Positions 1 through 9,757 of a DNA stretch of 52,797 bases are shown one piece after another; within the stretch, counting starts at the first letter, position 1, and each line of letters begins with the position of its first letter. The stretch is from Chloroflexota bacterium (GTDB lineage Bacteria > Chloroflexota > Limnocylindria > P2-11E), in the NCBI GenBank assembly GCA_005887995.1, contig VBJD01000027.1, forward strand, positions 1-52,797. Direction: 5' to 3'. A model generated the notes under the pieces. That model had not been told where the DNA came from and did no database searches. It saw nothing but the letters and a program-made list of their open reading frames with translations. Made by a program: the position numbers and the translations under genes.

Positions 1-1
1 C

Positions 2-997
2 CTCGGAGCAGATTTGCTGCGCCTTCCAGCACCGGGTGTGGAAGCGGCATCCCGATGGCGGGTTCACCGGTGACGGCACGTCGCCCGTGAGGATGATCCG
101 CTTGCGCTTCTGCTCGACGACCGGGTCCGGGATAGGGACGGCCGAGAGCAGCGCCTGGCTGTACGGGTGGAGCGGATGCTCGTAAAGGTCGATGCGGTCG
201 GCGAGCTCGACGATCTTGCCGAGATACATGACCGCGACCCGGTCACTGATGTGCCGCACGACAGACAGGTCGTGCGCGATGAACAGGTACGTGAGCTTGA
301 ACCGGTCCTGGAGCTCTTCGAGCAGGTTGATGATCTGGGCCTGGATGGACACGTCGAGGGCGGAGATCGGCTCGTCAGCGACGATGAAATCCGGCTCGAC
401 CGCGAGAGCGCGCGCGACTCCGATGCGCTGACGCTGGCCGCCGGAGAACTCGTGCGGGTAACGGTTGGTGAAGTACGGGTTGAGGCCGACGACCTTAAGG
501 AGCTCCTGCACGCGCTCGGTCTTCTCGCGACCGCGCGCGAGGTTATGCACCTCGATCGGCTCGCCGATGATGTTGCCCACGGTCATGCGCGGATTCAGCG
601 ACGCGTAAGGGTCCTGGAAGATCATCTGCATGCGGCGGCGCATCTTGCGCATCTGCTCGCCGGGCAGGCTCGTGAGCTCGGTCCCGTCGAATTTCACCGA
701 ACCCGCGGTCGGCTTGTAGAGCTGGAGGATCGCGCGTCCGGTCGTGGACTTGCCGCAGCCGGACTCGCCCACCAGACCGAGCGTCTCGCCCTTCTCGACG
801 AAGAAGTCGATCCCGTCGACGGCGCGCACAGCGCCGACCTGGCGCTGGAAGATGATTCCCTGCGTCAGCGGGAAGTGCATCTTCAGCGCGGAGACTTCGA
901 GGAGGTTGTTGCCGCTCCCCGCGGTGGCGGTGCTGCGTTGCCGTTCGATGAAACCGCCGGGGGTCGATGTGCTCGGCGGCGTCTGCGTCACGGTCAT
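2..997 (-). CDS. oppF: Oligopeptide ABC transporter ATP-binding protein (3' end outside window)
   Basis: Manual translation from ATG at 997: MTVTQTPP...[12 protein letters not shown]...VRAVDGIDF...[12 protein letters not shown] (Walker A), [28 protein letters not shown]-terminal [11 protein letters not shown]. Absent from the ORF track because it runs off the window. Confidence 0.93.
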   Translation of the reverse strand, partial: MTVTQTPPSTSTPGGFIERQRSTATAGSGNNLLEVSALKMHFPLTQGIIFQRQVGAVRAVDGIDFFVEKGETLGLVGESGCGKSTTGRAILQLYKPTAGSVKFDGTELTSLPGEQMRKMRRRMQMIFQDPYASLNPRMTVGNIIGEPIEVHNLARGREKTERVQELLKVVGLNPYFTNRYPHEFSGGQRQRIGVARALAVEPDFIVADEPISALDVSIQAQIINLLEELQDRFKLTYLFIAHDLSVVRHISDRVAVMYLGKIVELADRIDLYEHPLHPYSQALLSAVPIPDPVVEQKRKRIILTGDVPSPVNPPSGCRFHTRCWKAQQICSE

Positions 998-1001
998 CTC
1001 A

Positions 1002-2099
1002 TCACCCTCCCGGGCCCTCCGTCGTCGTCTCCGACGCGGCCTGCCCCTTGATCTCCTCGATGACGCGCACGTCGCCGACCTCGCGGCGCCAGTCGGTGTC
1101 GACGAGCCAGCCGCCGCCCGCCACGTTCTGCGTCCCCCAGCAGCGCGCCTCGTGATCGGGCTTCGCGTTGGGGATGTGCTGGAGCTCCGGCTCCTTCTCC
1201 CTGCAGATGTCGCGGCGGTACTGGCAGCGCGGCTCGAACTTGCAGCCGCCCGGCGGCGAGATGAGGTCCGGCGGCAGCCCCTCGATCGGAAGCAGCTTCG
1301 CCTTGCGCTGCTCGTCGAGGCGCGGGATCGAGCGCAGCAGGCCCCACGTGTAGGGCATCTTCGGGTTGGCGAAGAGCTCGCCGGTGTCGGCCTTCTCGAC
1401 GATGCGTCCGGCGTACATGACGTTGATGCGCTGGGTCATGCCCGCGACGACGCCGAGGTCGTGGGTGATGAGGATGAACGCGGTGCGGAACTCCTTCGCG
1501 AGGCTCTTCAGCAGCTCGAGGATCTGCGCCTGGATCGTCACGTCGAGCGCAGTCGTCGGCTCGTCGGCGAGAATCAGCTTCGGTTTGCAGGACAGCGCCA
1601 TCGCGATCATCACGCGCTGGCGCATACCACCCGAGAACTGGTGCGGATAGTCGTCGACGCGCTTCTTCGCGCTGGGGATGCCGACGAGCTCGAGCAGCTC
1701 GATGGTCTGCTTGCGCGCCTCGCTCTTGTCGAGCTTGAGGTGGAGCTCGAGCGCTTCAGATATTTGCCGGCTGATCGTGAGCACCGGGTTCAGGCTCGTC
1801 ATTGGATCCTGGAAGATCATCGCGATGTTGTTGCCGCGGATGCCGCGAACATCGTCGTCGTCCATCTTCAGGATGTCCTGGCCATCGAAGACGATCTGGC
1901 CGTTCACGATCTTGCCCGGCGGCTGGGGGATGAGCCGCATGAGCGACAGCGCGGTCACGGACTTGCCGCAGCCTGATTCGCCCACCAGGCCGAGGGTCTC
2001 GCCGGCGTCGAGGTGGAAGGTCACGCCGTCTACCGCGCGAACGACACCGTCGCGCGTGAAGAACTGCGTCTTAAGGTCGTTGACCTCAAGCAGCGCCAT
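1002..2099 (-). CDS. oppD: Oligopeptide ABC transporter ATP-binding protein
   Basis: GESGCGKS Walker [27 protein letters not shown], Cys-containing oligopeptide-ABC C-terminal domain. Confidence 0.95.
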   Translation of the reverse strand: MALLEVNDLKTQFFTRDGVVRAVDGVTFHLDAGETLGLVGESGCGKSVTALSLMRLIPQPPGKIVNGQIVFDGQDILKMDDDDVRGIRGNNIAMIFQDPMTSLNPVLTISRQISEALELHLKLDKSEARKQTIELLELVGIPSAKKRVDDYPHQFSGGMRQRVMIAMALSCKPKLILADEPTTALDVTIQAQILELLKSLAKEFRTAFILITHDLGVVAGMTQRINVMYAGRIVEKADTGELFANPKMPYTWGLLRSIPRLDEQRKAKLLPIEGLPPDLISPPGGCKFEPRCQYRRDICREKEPELQHIPNAKPDHEARCWGTQNVAGGGWLVDTDWRREVGDVRVIEEIKGQAASETTTEGPGG

Positions 2100-2153
2100 G
2101 CGTGAAATTCACCCCCTCCCCTGACACGACCGGCGACAGTCTACGGGCTCTTT

Positions 2154-3000
2154 CTAGATCTTCATCCGCGGGTCGAGCGCGTCGCGCACCCCGTCCCCGA
2201 GGAATGTGAAGGCCAGCATCACGATGCGGATGCACAGCGCCGGCAGGAGCACCGGCCACGCGCTTGATGACCGGGGCAAGGATGTTCGGGAAGAGGTGCC
2301 GCGACATGATCCGCCGCGCCGGCGCACCGATCGCGCGCGCCGCCTCGACGAACTCGCGCTCCTTGAGCGCGAGCACCTGACCGCGCACGAGCCGAGCCAT
2401 GCCCACCCAGTTCACGATCGCGATGGCGACGAAGATGAGGAGCAACCCACCTTGCAGATCGCCGATCGCCGTGTTGCGGAGCGTCGCCATGATGATGAAG
2501 AGGAAGAGCAGGTCAGGGAAGGCGTAGATGACGTCGGTCAGGCGCATGAGGAGCTGATCCGTCCAGCCGCCGTAGTAGCCCGCGACCAGCCCGATCGTGA
2601 CGCCCATGAGGAAGATGATCGTGACCGGGACGAACCCCACGAGCATCGAGATCTGCGTCGACCAGATGAGTCGCGAGAGGATGTCGCGACCGAGCTGATC
2701 GCTGCCGAGCGGGTATGTCGAGAGCGTGTACTTCGAGCCCGTCCAGATCGGCTCCATGAGCGAATTCGGCGTGTCCTGCTTGAGCGGGTCCTTCAGCCAG
2801 CCCCACTGCGTCATGAACGGCACGATCGCCGCGAGTGCCATGAACGCGACGACGATGACCATGCCCAGTACCGCGGCCCTGTTGCGGACAAGCCGGTACC
2901 AAGCGTCTTGCCACAGCGAACGCTGCTTGCGGACGAGGACGTTGAGCTCGGCGGCGCGCTCGGCGGCGGTCTGCTGCCGGGGCGCGGTGACAGTCGCCAC
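2154..3000 (-). pseudogene. oppC: Oligopeptide ABC permease with internal deletion and frameshift at about 2265 (real lesion or assembly error)
   Basis: Frame from 3000 gives OppC up to EAARAIGA...RHLFPNILAPVI (codon ending 2266). The canonical C-terminus SAWPVLLPALCIRIVMLAFTFLGDGVRDALDPRMKI* lies in another frame (2264..2154). The usual EAxLSFLGLG..PPxSWG segment is missing. Confidence 0.85.
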
Positions 3001-3006
3001 TAGCTC

Positions 3007-3084
3007 ACCACGTTACTGGAGCCACCATTGGTGGCGACAGGCCGTTTGGGCAGACGACACGAAGTGTCGGATGACCACGTTACT
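3007..3084. repeat. 11-bp direct repeat ACCACGTTACT (3007-3017, 3074-3084) flanking a 56-bp insert with two hairpins
   Basis: Exact repeat seen. The insert contains GCCACCA-T-TGGTGGC and CGACAC-GAA-GTGTCG. Confidence 0.75.
3013..3078 (-). other. Intercistronic mini-ORF, 21 aa (VVIRHFVSSAQTACRHQWWLQ)
   Basis: GTG 1 nt after the oppB TAA and ends at the duplicated TAA. It is followed by GTG GTG AGC TAG, which overlaps the oppC GTG. Translation not demonstrated. Confidence 0.45.
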
Positions 3085-4009
3085 TGGAGACCTTGATGCG
3101 CGGATCCAAGAGGCCATACACGAGATCGACGGAGAGGTTGGCGATCGAGATGAGGAACGCGTACAGCAGGAACACGCCCATGATCAGCGGGTAGTCGCGG
3201 CCGAGGATGCTGCGCAGGAACTCCCGGCCCATCCCCGGCACGCTGAAGATGCCCTCGATGATGATCGAGCCGGTGATGAGCCCAGCCGTCGCCGGCCCGA
3301 CGATGGTGGCGATCGGGATCAGCGCGTTCTTCATCACGTGCGCGACGATCACGACCTGCTCGCGCAGGCCCTTCGCGCGCGCGGTCCGCACGTAGTCCTG
3401 ACGAATCGCCTCGAGCATCGACGCCCTGGTGATGCGCGTGAGGAAAGCCATTGGGCCGAGCGAGAGGATGACCGTCGGCAGCACCCAGTGCAGCGGCGTC
3501 GACCAGCCGACGAACGGCAGTAGGTGGAAGGTCACGCCGAAGAAGTAGATCGCGAAGATCGCGATGACGAACGAGGGGATCGTGGTGCCGACCGTCGCGA
3601 AGAACAGGCTGCCGTAGTCGACGGCGGTGTTCTGACGGAGCGCGGAAACCATGCCCAGCGGGAGTGACAACGCGAGCGCAAGGAGCAAGGCCTGCACACC
3701 GAGCTGCGCGGAGACCGGGAACTCCTCACCAATGATCTCCGACACGGCCCGTCCGCTGCGGAAGCTATTCCCGAAGTCGAAGCGCGCGACGTTCCCCAGG
3801 TAGAGCATGAACTGCTCGGGGACCGGCTTGTTCACGCCGTAAAGATTCTCGAGGCGTTCGATCGTGGCCGTCGGGAGCTGCTTATCGCCAACGGACTTCG
3901 CGTCGAACGGCGACCCCGGCGCCGCGTGCGCCAGGAAGAACACGATGACGGCGACGAAGAACATGGTCGGAATCAGCAGCAAGAGCCGTCGGATCGTGTA
4001 TTTCAGCAT
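3080..4009 (-). CDS. oppB: Oligopeptide ABC permease
   Basis: MLKYTIRRLL N-terminus, DFGNSF, EAA-loop DYVRTARAKGL, C-terminal DLVYGLLDPRIK. Confidence 0.95.
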   Translation of the reverse strand: MLKYTIRRLLLLIPTMFFVAVIVFFLAHAAPGSPFDAKSVGDKQLPTATIERLENLYGVNKPVPEQFMLYLGNVARFDFGNSFRSGRAVSEIIGEEFPVSAQLGVQALLLALALSLPLGMVSALRQNTAVDYGSLFFATVGTTIPSFVIAIFAIYFFGVTFHLLPFVGWSTPLHWVLPTVILSLGPMAFLTRITRASMLEAIRQDYVRTARAKGLREQVVIVAHVMKNALIPIATIVGPATAGLITGSIIIEGIFSVPGMGREFLRSILGRDYPLIMGVFLLYAFLISIANLSVDLVYGLLDPRIKVSK

Positions 4010-4090
4010 CGGAAGGTGGCGCTTACCTCCAAAGAGAGGCCCTTTTCGCGAGTGTATACCGCGATACGGTCGCGACTGTTCTAATGCGCT

Positions 4091-4116
4091 GAGGGCCGGC
4101 CTCGCGGCCGGCCCTC
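4091..4116. terminator. GC-rich stem-loop between oppA and oppB (terminator or mRNA-stabilising hairpin)
   Basis: GAGGGCCGGCC-TCGC-GGCCGGCCCTC, perfect 11-bp stem. The T-run is on the + side only, so on the opp (-) transcript it more likely stabilises oppA mRNA. Confidence 0.6.
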
Positions 4117-4149
4117 GTTTTCGCGCTTCGTCGGGTCATCCCGAACGAA

Positions 4150-5838
4150 TTACTTCTTCTTCGTGACGCCGATCGCGGTCAGGTTGAAGATGCCGTACTC
4201 GAAGTCCATCACCGTGTCGGTGATGCCCTTAAACCACGGCTTGCGGAGGTACTTGGTCGCCGAGTAGTACCACCAGGCTGCCGCCGCGTCGTTGCTCAGC
4301 TGACGCGAGGCGTCCTGATACGTCTTGTCACGGCTCTCAGGGTTCGGGTCGGCGTCCGCCTTGCGGACGGCCGCGTCGAACGTGGCGCTCTTGTACCCGA
4401 CGTGCGTGACCGTCGACGACGAGTGGAACACCGTCGTCAGCCAGTCTTGCTGGTCCGGGTAGTCCGCGCACCAACCGAGACGGAACATCAACGGGGTCGT
4501 CTCCGGCTTCTTCACGAGCGACGTGTACGTCGTCGCGTCCACCGGGTCCGGGGCGACCGTGACGCCGAGGTTGGTCTGCCACTGCTGCTGGAGCCACTCG
4601 ATCCGCGTCTTGTTCGCCGCGGAGGCCGCGTATGTGAACTTGAGGTTCTTCAGCGTGTCAGTGTTGGCGTACTTCGACTGCGCGAGCAGCTGCTTCGCTG
4701 CCGCCGGGTCGAACTTCTGCGCGGTGTCGTCCTTGTCGTATCCGGGCATGCCCGGCGGGATGAAGCCACCCTCGGTGGCCGCCTTGCCGATCTTCGCAAC
4801 GTCGTTGATGTACGCGAGGCGGTCGAACGACTTCGCAAATGCCATGCGGACCTTCTGGTCGTCGAACGGAGCCTTGGCGTTGTTGAAGCCGACGTAGATC
4901 GTGCACGAGCCGCCGACGTCGATGGTCTGCGCCTTCAGGTCCGCGTCACCTTCGACGGTGCGCAGCTGCTCAGCGCCGATACCGACCGCGTCGAGCTCGT
5001 TGTTCCGGTACGCAGCGAACGCAACAGCGGACTCATTGATCATGACCTTGGTCCACTTCTTGAGCTGCGTCTTCGTCCGGTAGTTGTCGTTGCGCTCGTA
5101 GACCATCTTCTCGTTGTGCTTCCACTCGGTCAGCTTGAAGGGACCATTGCCGATGAACGTCGCCGGCTCGGTCCACTTGTCGCCGCCCTTGGTGACGTCC
5201 GACTCACGGGAGGGGACGCCGACCCAGAGGGCCGCGATCGAGTTGAAGTACGGGGCCTTCTCGGTGAGCGTGAAGGAGATCTCCTTGTCACCGTTCACCT
5301 TCATGCCAAGCTTCGCCTTCGCGGCGTCGAGCTCGGCCTTCGTGGCCTTCTTCGGGTCCATCGTGTTCCAGGCCTCGCAGCCGACGATGATGTACGCGGT
5401 GAACGCGTACTCACCGGCGACCGCCGGGTCGCAGGTGCGCGTGAAGCCGAACTGGAAGTCCTTCGCCGTGACCGGCGAGCCGTCTGAGTACTTCAGGCCG
5501 TCACGCAGCGTGTACGTGTAGGTGAGCCCATCGCTCGAGAGCTTCGGGGCTTCCTTCGCTGCGCCCGGGACGGGCTTCAGCGTCTTGGGATCGAACGCCA
5601 TCAGGGCCTCGAAGACCATCATGGTCTGCGCGACCTCGTTGACGAACGACTCCTTCTGCGGGTCGATGGTGTCCGGCTCCGAGCCGGCATTCGTGGTGAC
5701 TTCGCCGTTGGGGTCAATGTCGCCAGCTGCCCCGGACGGCTGAGTGGTCGTGCCTGGTGCGCCCGTGCACGCCGCGGCGATGAGCCCGGCGATCACGAAC
5801 AGCGCCAGGAGTGACCAAAGACCGCTCCTGCGTCGCAT
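4150..5838 (-). CDS. oppA: Peptide ABC transporter substrate-binding lipoprotein (family 5)
   Basis: Lipobox IAAAC, EPDTIDP, YTYTLRDGLKYSDGSPVTAKDF, IGNGPFKL, GWCADYPD. Strong RBS AAGGAGG upstream. Confidence 0.95.
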   Translation of the reverse strand: MRRRSGLWSLLALFVIAGLIAAACTGAPGTTTQPSGAAGDIDPNGEVTTNAGSEPDTIDPQKESFVNEVAQTMMVFEALMAFDPKTLKPVPGAAKEAPKLSSDGLTYTYTLRDGLKYSDGSPVTAKDFQFGFTRTCDPAVAGEYAFTAYIIVGCEAWNTMDPKKATKAELDAAKAKLGMKVNGDKEISFTLTEKAPYFNSIAALWVGVPSRESDVTKGGDKWTEPATFIGNGPFKLTEWKHNEKMVYERNDNYRTKTQLKKWTKVMINESAVAFAAYRNNELDAVGIGAEQLRTVEGDADLKAQTIDVGGSCTIYVGFNNAKAPFDDQKVRMAFAKSFDRLAYINDVAKIGKAATEGGFIPPGMPGYDKDDTAQKFDPAAAKQLLAQSKYANTDTLKNLKFTYAASAANKTRIEWLQQQWQTNLGVTVAPDPVDATTYTSLVKKPETTPLMFRLGWCADYPDQQDWLTTVFHSSSTVTHVGYKSATFDAAVRKADADPNPESRDKTYQDASRQLSNDAAAAWWYYSATKYLRKPWFKGITDTVMDFEYGIFNLTAIGVTKKK

Positions 5839-5993
5839 GCACTGCCTCCTTGTTTAATTCGCGCGCGTAGCGCTAAGTCGGTAGAACGCGAGAGATGTGA
5901 GATCGGCGTGGCGCCTACGTGTACGAGCGGTCCCGCCTCCCTCCGCCAGCCACCACATGCGAGCCCGAGCGGGCAAGCAATGGAGACTGCGTC

Positions 5994-5999
5994 ATTTTA
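5994..5999 (-). promoter_or_regulatory. Candidate -10 box TAAAAT for oppA (about 150-nt leader)
   Basis: Near-consensus AT-rich hexamer in a GC-rich intergenic region. Confidence 0.4.
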
Positions 6000-6044
6000 G
6001 CCTGGTGCCTCGCTGGACCGATACCGGAAAGGGCGGGCCCGGGT

Positions 6045-7658
6045 TCAGGGCACCCCGAATCGCCACGCGGCGGCGTTCCAAGTGAGGGGCGCGTCCCGAG
6101 CCGGAGCCTGCATCCCCGCGAGCGAGCGAGCGGCCACGTCGACGCGCAGATGCTGATAGAGGGGAAGGCCCGGTAGGGCGTCGCTCCAGATCCGCTGCAG
6201 CTCTGCGTAGAGCGGCCGCTTCTCGTCGCGGTCCGGCGCCGCACGCGCCGCGAGCGCAAGCACGTCGAACCACGGGTCGACGAGGCCGATCCAGCGCTCG
6301 GTCGCGAGCGTCGCGTCCGCGGTGTCCTCGGATACGAGCACCATGTCGAAGTCTCCGGTCTTCACCAACGTCGCCACGTCGTCCGGGGGACGCACGCGCA
6401 CATCGACGGCGATGCCGACCGCCGCGAGATCGCCCGCGACGCGCCGCGCGACATCGACGCGTGCCGTCGAGCCCGACGCGACGACGAGCGTTGCGGTCAT
6501 GCGGTCGATGTCCCGTTCGAGGATGCCGAAGCGGCCCTTGCGGTAGCCGGCCTGCGCGAGCAGCGCCCGAGCCGCATCGCGGTCGGGGCGCGCCGCGGGC
6601 GCAGTCTCGGCCGCGGCCCACAGCGGCGGCACGAGATAGCTGCGCGGGATCCGGGCGCGCCCGCTGAAGATGTCATTGCTGATCGCCTGACGATCGATCG
6701 TGAGCTCGATGGCCTTGCGGACCTTCTGCTCGCTGAACCTTCCCTTCGTCCCGAATCGCAGGATGTCGATCGACTCGATGTCGCGATAGAGGACGTCGAG
6801 CCGGTTCGTATCGCCGAAGCGGTCGAGCGTGCGCGCGAGATCGGCTTCGACTGCCGGGGACGGGGCGACATCGACATCCCCTCGACGCAGCGCGTCCAGC
6901 ACCGCCGCGCGATCGGCGAAGAAGCGGATCTCAAGGCGACCGAGGGCCGGCGGGCCACCGACGTATCCAGGGAATGCCGCGAGCGTCACCCCATAGCCAC
7001 GCACCCACGCCGCGACGCTGAACGCGCCAGCGTGCACGGGCTCGCGCTCATACGCCTCACGCCTCGCGGCGTCGGCCGTCGCGAGGATGTGCCGCGGCAT
7101 CACCCGCGGCGCGAGCGGATAGCCGTCCCACCGTTCGCCGGCGCGATACGTGACGCGCACGACGAGGTCGTCGACGACGTCCATCGACTCGATGCGGTCG
7201 GCGATCCAGCGTGTCTCGGTCCCGACGGGCGCGGGCGCATCGAGGTCGTACGCGAAGCGAATGTCCCGCGCGGTGATCGGTTCGCCGTCCTGCCACCGCA
7301 GCCCCTCGCGAAGACGGAACGTCGCGACGAGCCGAACACCGGGAGCCGCCCGGTCGTCCGAGACGATCCGCAGTCCGCCGTTCTCGACCGAGGGCACCTC
7401 GCGCACGAGGCGCGGCACGTACTCGTCGTGCGCGTCACGCGCGACGAGCGGCTCGATGACCGCTCCCGCGATCACGCGCGCCGACGGATCGTCCGCGAAG
7501 ACCGATGCCGGCTCCCCCACGACGCCGATGACGACATCACGCCGCACCGGCGCCGGCGTGGCGCACGCGGCAAGACTGGCTGCCACAACGAGCAGTCCGA
7601 GACCAAATGCGAGCGACGAGCGATTCACTCGCGAGGAGCGAGCTCCTTGATTGAGCAA
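6045..7658 (-). CDS. Second family-5 ABC substrate-binding lipoprotein (start may be GTG about 30 nt downstream)
   Basis: Lipobox LAAC, FRLREGLRWQDGEPITARDIRF, family-5 C-terminus (YAELQRIWSDALPGLPLY). Confidence 0.85.
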   Translation of the reverse strand: MLNQGARSSRVNRSSLAFGLGLLVVAASLAACATPAPVRRDVVIGVVGEPASVFADDPSARVIAGAVIEPLVARDAHDEYVPRLVREVPSVENGGLRIVSDDRAAPGVRLVATFRLREGLRWQDGEPITARDIRFAYDLDAPAPVGTETRWIADRIESMDVVDDLVVRVTYRAGERWDGYPLAPRVMPRHILATADAARREAYEREPVHAGAFSVAAWVRGYGVTLAAFPGYVGGPPALGRLEIRFFADRAAVLDALRRGDVDVAPSPAVEADLARTLDRFGDTNRLDVLYRDIESIDILRFGTKGRFSEQKVRKAIELTIDRQAISNDIFSGRARIPRSYLVPPLWAAAETAPAARPDRDAARALLAQAGYRKGRFGILERDIDRMTATLVVASGSTARVDVARRVAGDLAAVGIAVDVRVRPPDDVATLVKTGDFDMVLVSEDTADATLATERWIGLVDPWFDVLALAARAAPDRDEKRPLYAELQRIWSDALPGLPLYQHLRVDVAARSLAGMQAPARDAPLTWNAAAWRFGVP

Positions 7659-7728
7659 AGCGGCATCGAGGCTACGCCGCTAGAGCAGGCGTAGCCGAGA
7701 TGCGAAGAACGGGAAGCGGAGCTCCTTG
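7640..7728. repeat. 10-bp direct repeat GAGCTCCTTG (7640-7649, 7719-7728) flanking a hairpin insert
   Basis: The insert contains GGCTACGCC-N9-GGCGTAGCC with outer GCATC/GATGC pairing. Adjacent 7610-7640 carries the CTCGCTCCTCGCG-N7-CGCTCGTCGCTCG motif also seen at 9824-9856. Confidence 0.65.
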
Positions 7729-8295
7729 CTAGCGGAGCAGGCCAGCTCGTTCCGGAGTCGCCGGCGGCGTTTCGTCGGCGAGGCTGCGCGGCGAGACGGC
7801 GGGATCGAGCAGGTCCGACGGCGTCGCGTAGCGGCCGATGCGGAACCAGCGGATGAACGACTGATCGTCGCCCATCGTGCCGACATGCATGTTTGGTGTG
7901 AGCACGTCCGTCGGGACCGCCTCGTCGGTGATCGCGGGCTTCGGCGCGACAGAGCCCGCGCCGACGAACGCGAACGCCGTCACCGCGGCAGCCAGGGCGA
8001 ACTCGTTCACGCGCGCGACGACGCGGCTGAAGCGGACGGGGGCTGGCACCGGCTCGGGCACGCGCATCGCAAGGCGGACCCGCGCCGGCGAGAGGGCGAC
8101 GGTCGCGTGGCGAAGGGGGGCGTACGCGCGATCGAGCGCCACCGACGTCGCGATGTAATCGCGGTACGCCGTCGCGCACCGCGCGCACGCCGAGGTATGC
8201 GACTCGATCTCGAGCCGCTCGCGCCGGTCGGCGGCACCTGCCAGCAACACGGCGATCCGTTCCTGGGTTTGCCTGCACGCCATGTGGTCCGTCAC
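7729..8295 (-). CDS. Zinc-finger (zf-HC2) anti-sigma factor with one TM helix
   Basis: C-x23-HxxxCxxC (MACRQ...ESHTSACARC). GTG start overlaps the sigma stop (GTGA). The track's 445-aa extension is spurious. Confidence 0.85.
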   Translation of the reverse strand: MTDHMACRQTQERIAVLLAGAADRRERLEIESHTSACARCATAYRDYIATSVALDRAYAPLRHATVALSPARVRLAMRVPEPVPAPVRFSRVVARVNEFALAAAVTAFAFVGAGSVAPKPAITDEAVPTDVLTPNMHVGTMGDDQSFIRWFRIGRYATPSDLLDPAVSPRSLADETPPATPERAGLLR

Positions 8296-8963
8296 TCCTG
8301 TGGCCCTCGCACGCGCTCGACGGCGGTGAGGGGTATCCGTCCAGGTGTAGCCATGCTCGCACCGAGCGGTTCGAAGCCGAGCTCTGGATGTGCCGCAAGA
8401 TGCGCTCGCAGGCGCCGCAGGGCGTAGTGGAGACGGGACTTGACCGTGCCGATCGGGCAATCGACGACCTGCGCGATCTCGGCGAGGTTGAGGCCATTCA
8501 GGTAGTGGAGTACGACGACGACCTTGTGCTTCGGGCCGAGCGTGTCGATCGCCGCGAGCACGACACGCCGGAGCTCCGCGAGCTCGGCGAGGCGCGACGG
8601 CGAGCGTTCCTCGCCCTGCACGATCTCTTCGGTCGCATCCTCGAGCGTCGAGATGACCAGTCCCTTGCGGGGACGGCGGTTGTAGGAGAGGTTGACGGCG
8701 ACGCGGTAGAGCCATGGACGCAGGCTGCCTTCGGGCTCGAGCCGCGCGAGCGCGCGATGCGCGCGGGCGAACGTGTCGACGACGATCTCCTCCGCGGCCG
8801 AGGGATCCTTCGTGATCGCGAGACCGAGACGGAAGATGCCGTCCTTGTAGCGGTAGAAGAGCGCGTCGAACGCGAGCATGTCGTGCTCGCGTGCCGCGTA
8901 CACGAGCTCGCGGTCGGTGCGAGCGTCGATCTCCGCGGCCTTCTTCGCGGCGCGGCCGGTCAC
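8292..8963 (-). CDS. ECF RNA polymerase sigma factor
   Basis: Region 2 (AEEIVVDTF...LRPWLYRVAVN) and region 4 (LNLAEIAQVVDCPIGTVKSRLHYA). Confidence 0.93.
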   Translation of the reverse strand: MTGRAAKKAAEIDARTDRELVYAAREHDMLAFDALFYRYKDGIFRLGLAITKDPSAAEEIVVDTFARAHRALARLEPEGSLRPWLYRVAVNLSYNRRPRKGLVISTLEDATEEIVQGEERSPSRLAELAELRRVVLAAIDTLGPKHKVVVVLHYLNGLNLAEIAQVVDCPIGTVKSRLHYALRRLRAHLAAHPELGFEPLGASMATPGRIPLTAVERVRGPQE

Positions 8964-9757
8964 TCGGCCTCCGGCAGGTAACGGCGGACCGCGCGGACAT
9001 TCCGCTCCGGACCGAGCACGGTTCGCTCGACGACGCCGCCGCTCTGCGGCGCATGGACGAATTCACGCTCGGCGGTCGCGATGGCGACGTGTGTCACGCG
9101 CTCATCACCGAAGAAGAGGAGATCACCGGCGCGTGGGGCACCCTCGACCGCGCGACCTTCCATGGCCTGCTGATCAGCGTCACGATCAAGCGCCACCCCA
9201 TTGAGACGGTACACCAGCTGCGTGAAGCCGGAGCAATCAAGCCCGTCTACGGTCGTACCGCCCCAGAGATACGGAACGCCGAGGAAACACTCCGCCGTTC
9301 GCATCAAGTCGCCAGGCCGCGGGAAGCGGTTCGGTAGCTGCGCGATGTCGACCGTGTCACGGAACGCGAGCCATCCGTCGGCGGACACGCGCATCCATTC
9401 ACCCTGCCGTTCCTGGATCGCGAGCGGCGAACCGACGGGAAGACGATCGATGACCGGCGCGCCGTCGGTCGGCGCGCTGCGCACATCCGCAGCGACGACG
9501 CCGACGATGCGCCGCTCGGGCGCGGCGACCTCATCGAGATGCTCGGACCAGATCCAACCGAAGTAATGATCGGGACCTTGCACGAAAAGCCATTCGTCCT
9601 CGCGGCCGAGGATGACGAGGCGCTCGCCGTAGTGCGCTTGATCGACGCGCTCGGACGCGGGATCCGGCTCGGCGTGCAGATCCGCGAACCCGCGGTTCAC
9701 GAGCGCATGCGGCGGCCGCACCATCGCGACCGCTAGACGCGCCGGAGCGGTCTTCAT
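8960..9757 (-). CDS. NlpC/P60 cysteine peptidase with SH3-like domains (YkfC / dipeptidyl-peptidase VI-like)
   Basis: GVPYLWGG...DCSG, RDADQQ, THVAI, FVHA. Two SH3b-like N-terminal segments and no signal peptide. Confidence 0.88.
   Translation of the reverse strand: MKTAPARLAVAMVRPPHALVNRGFADLHAEPDPASERVDQAHYGERLVILGREDEWLFVQGPDHYFGWIWSEHLDEVAAPERRIVGVVAADVRSAPTDGAPVIDRLPVGSPLAIQERQGEWMRVSADGWLAFRDTVDIAQLPNRFPRPGDLMRTAECFLGVPYLWGGTTVDGLDCSGFTQLVYRLNGVALDRDADQQAMEGRAVEGAPRAGDLLFFGDERVTHVAIATAEREFVHAPQSGGVVERTVLGPERNVRAVRRYLPEAE

Noticed and set aside
2086-2265. Track C-terminus of OppC (KRVAGAPAG...HGAA)
   Set aside because: Out-of-frame read-through. The real OppC tail is in another frame ending at 2154.
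5839-5993. Riboswitch or T-box in the oppA leader
   Set aside because: No recognisable aptamer, T-box motif or terminator/antiterminator pair.
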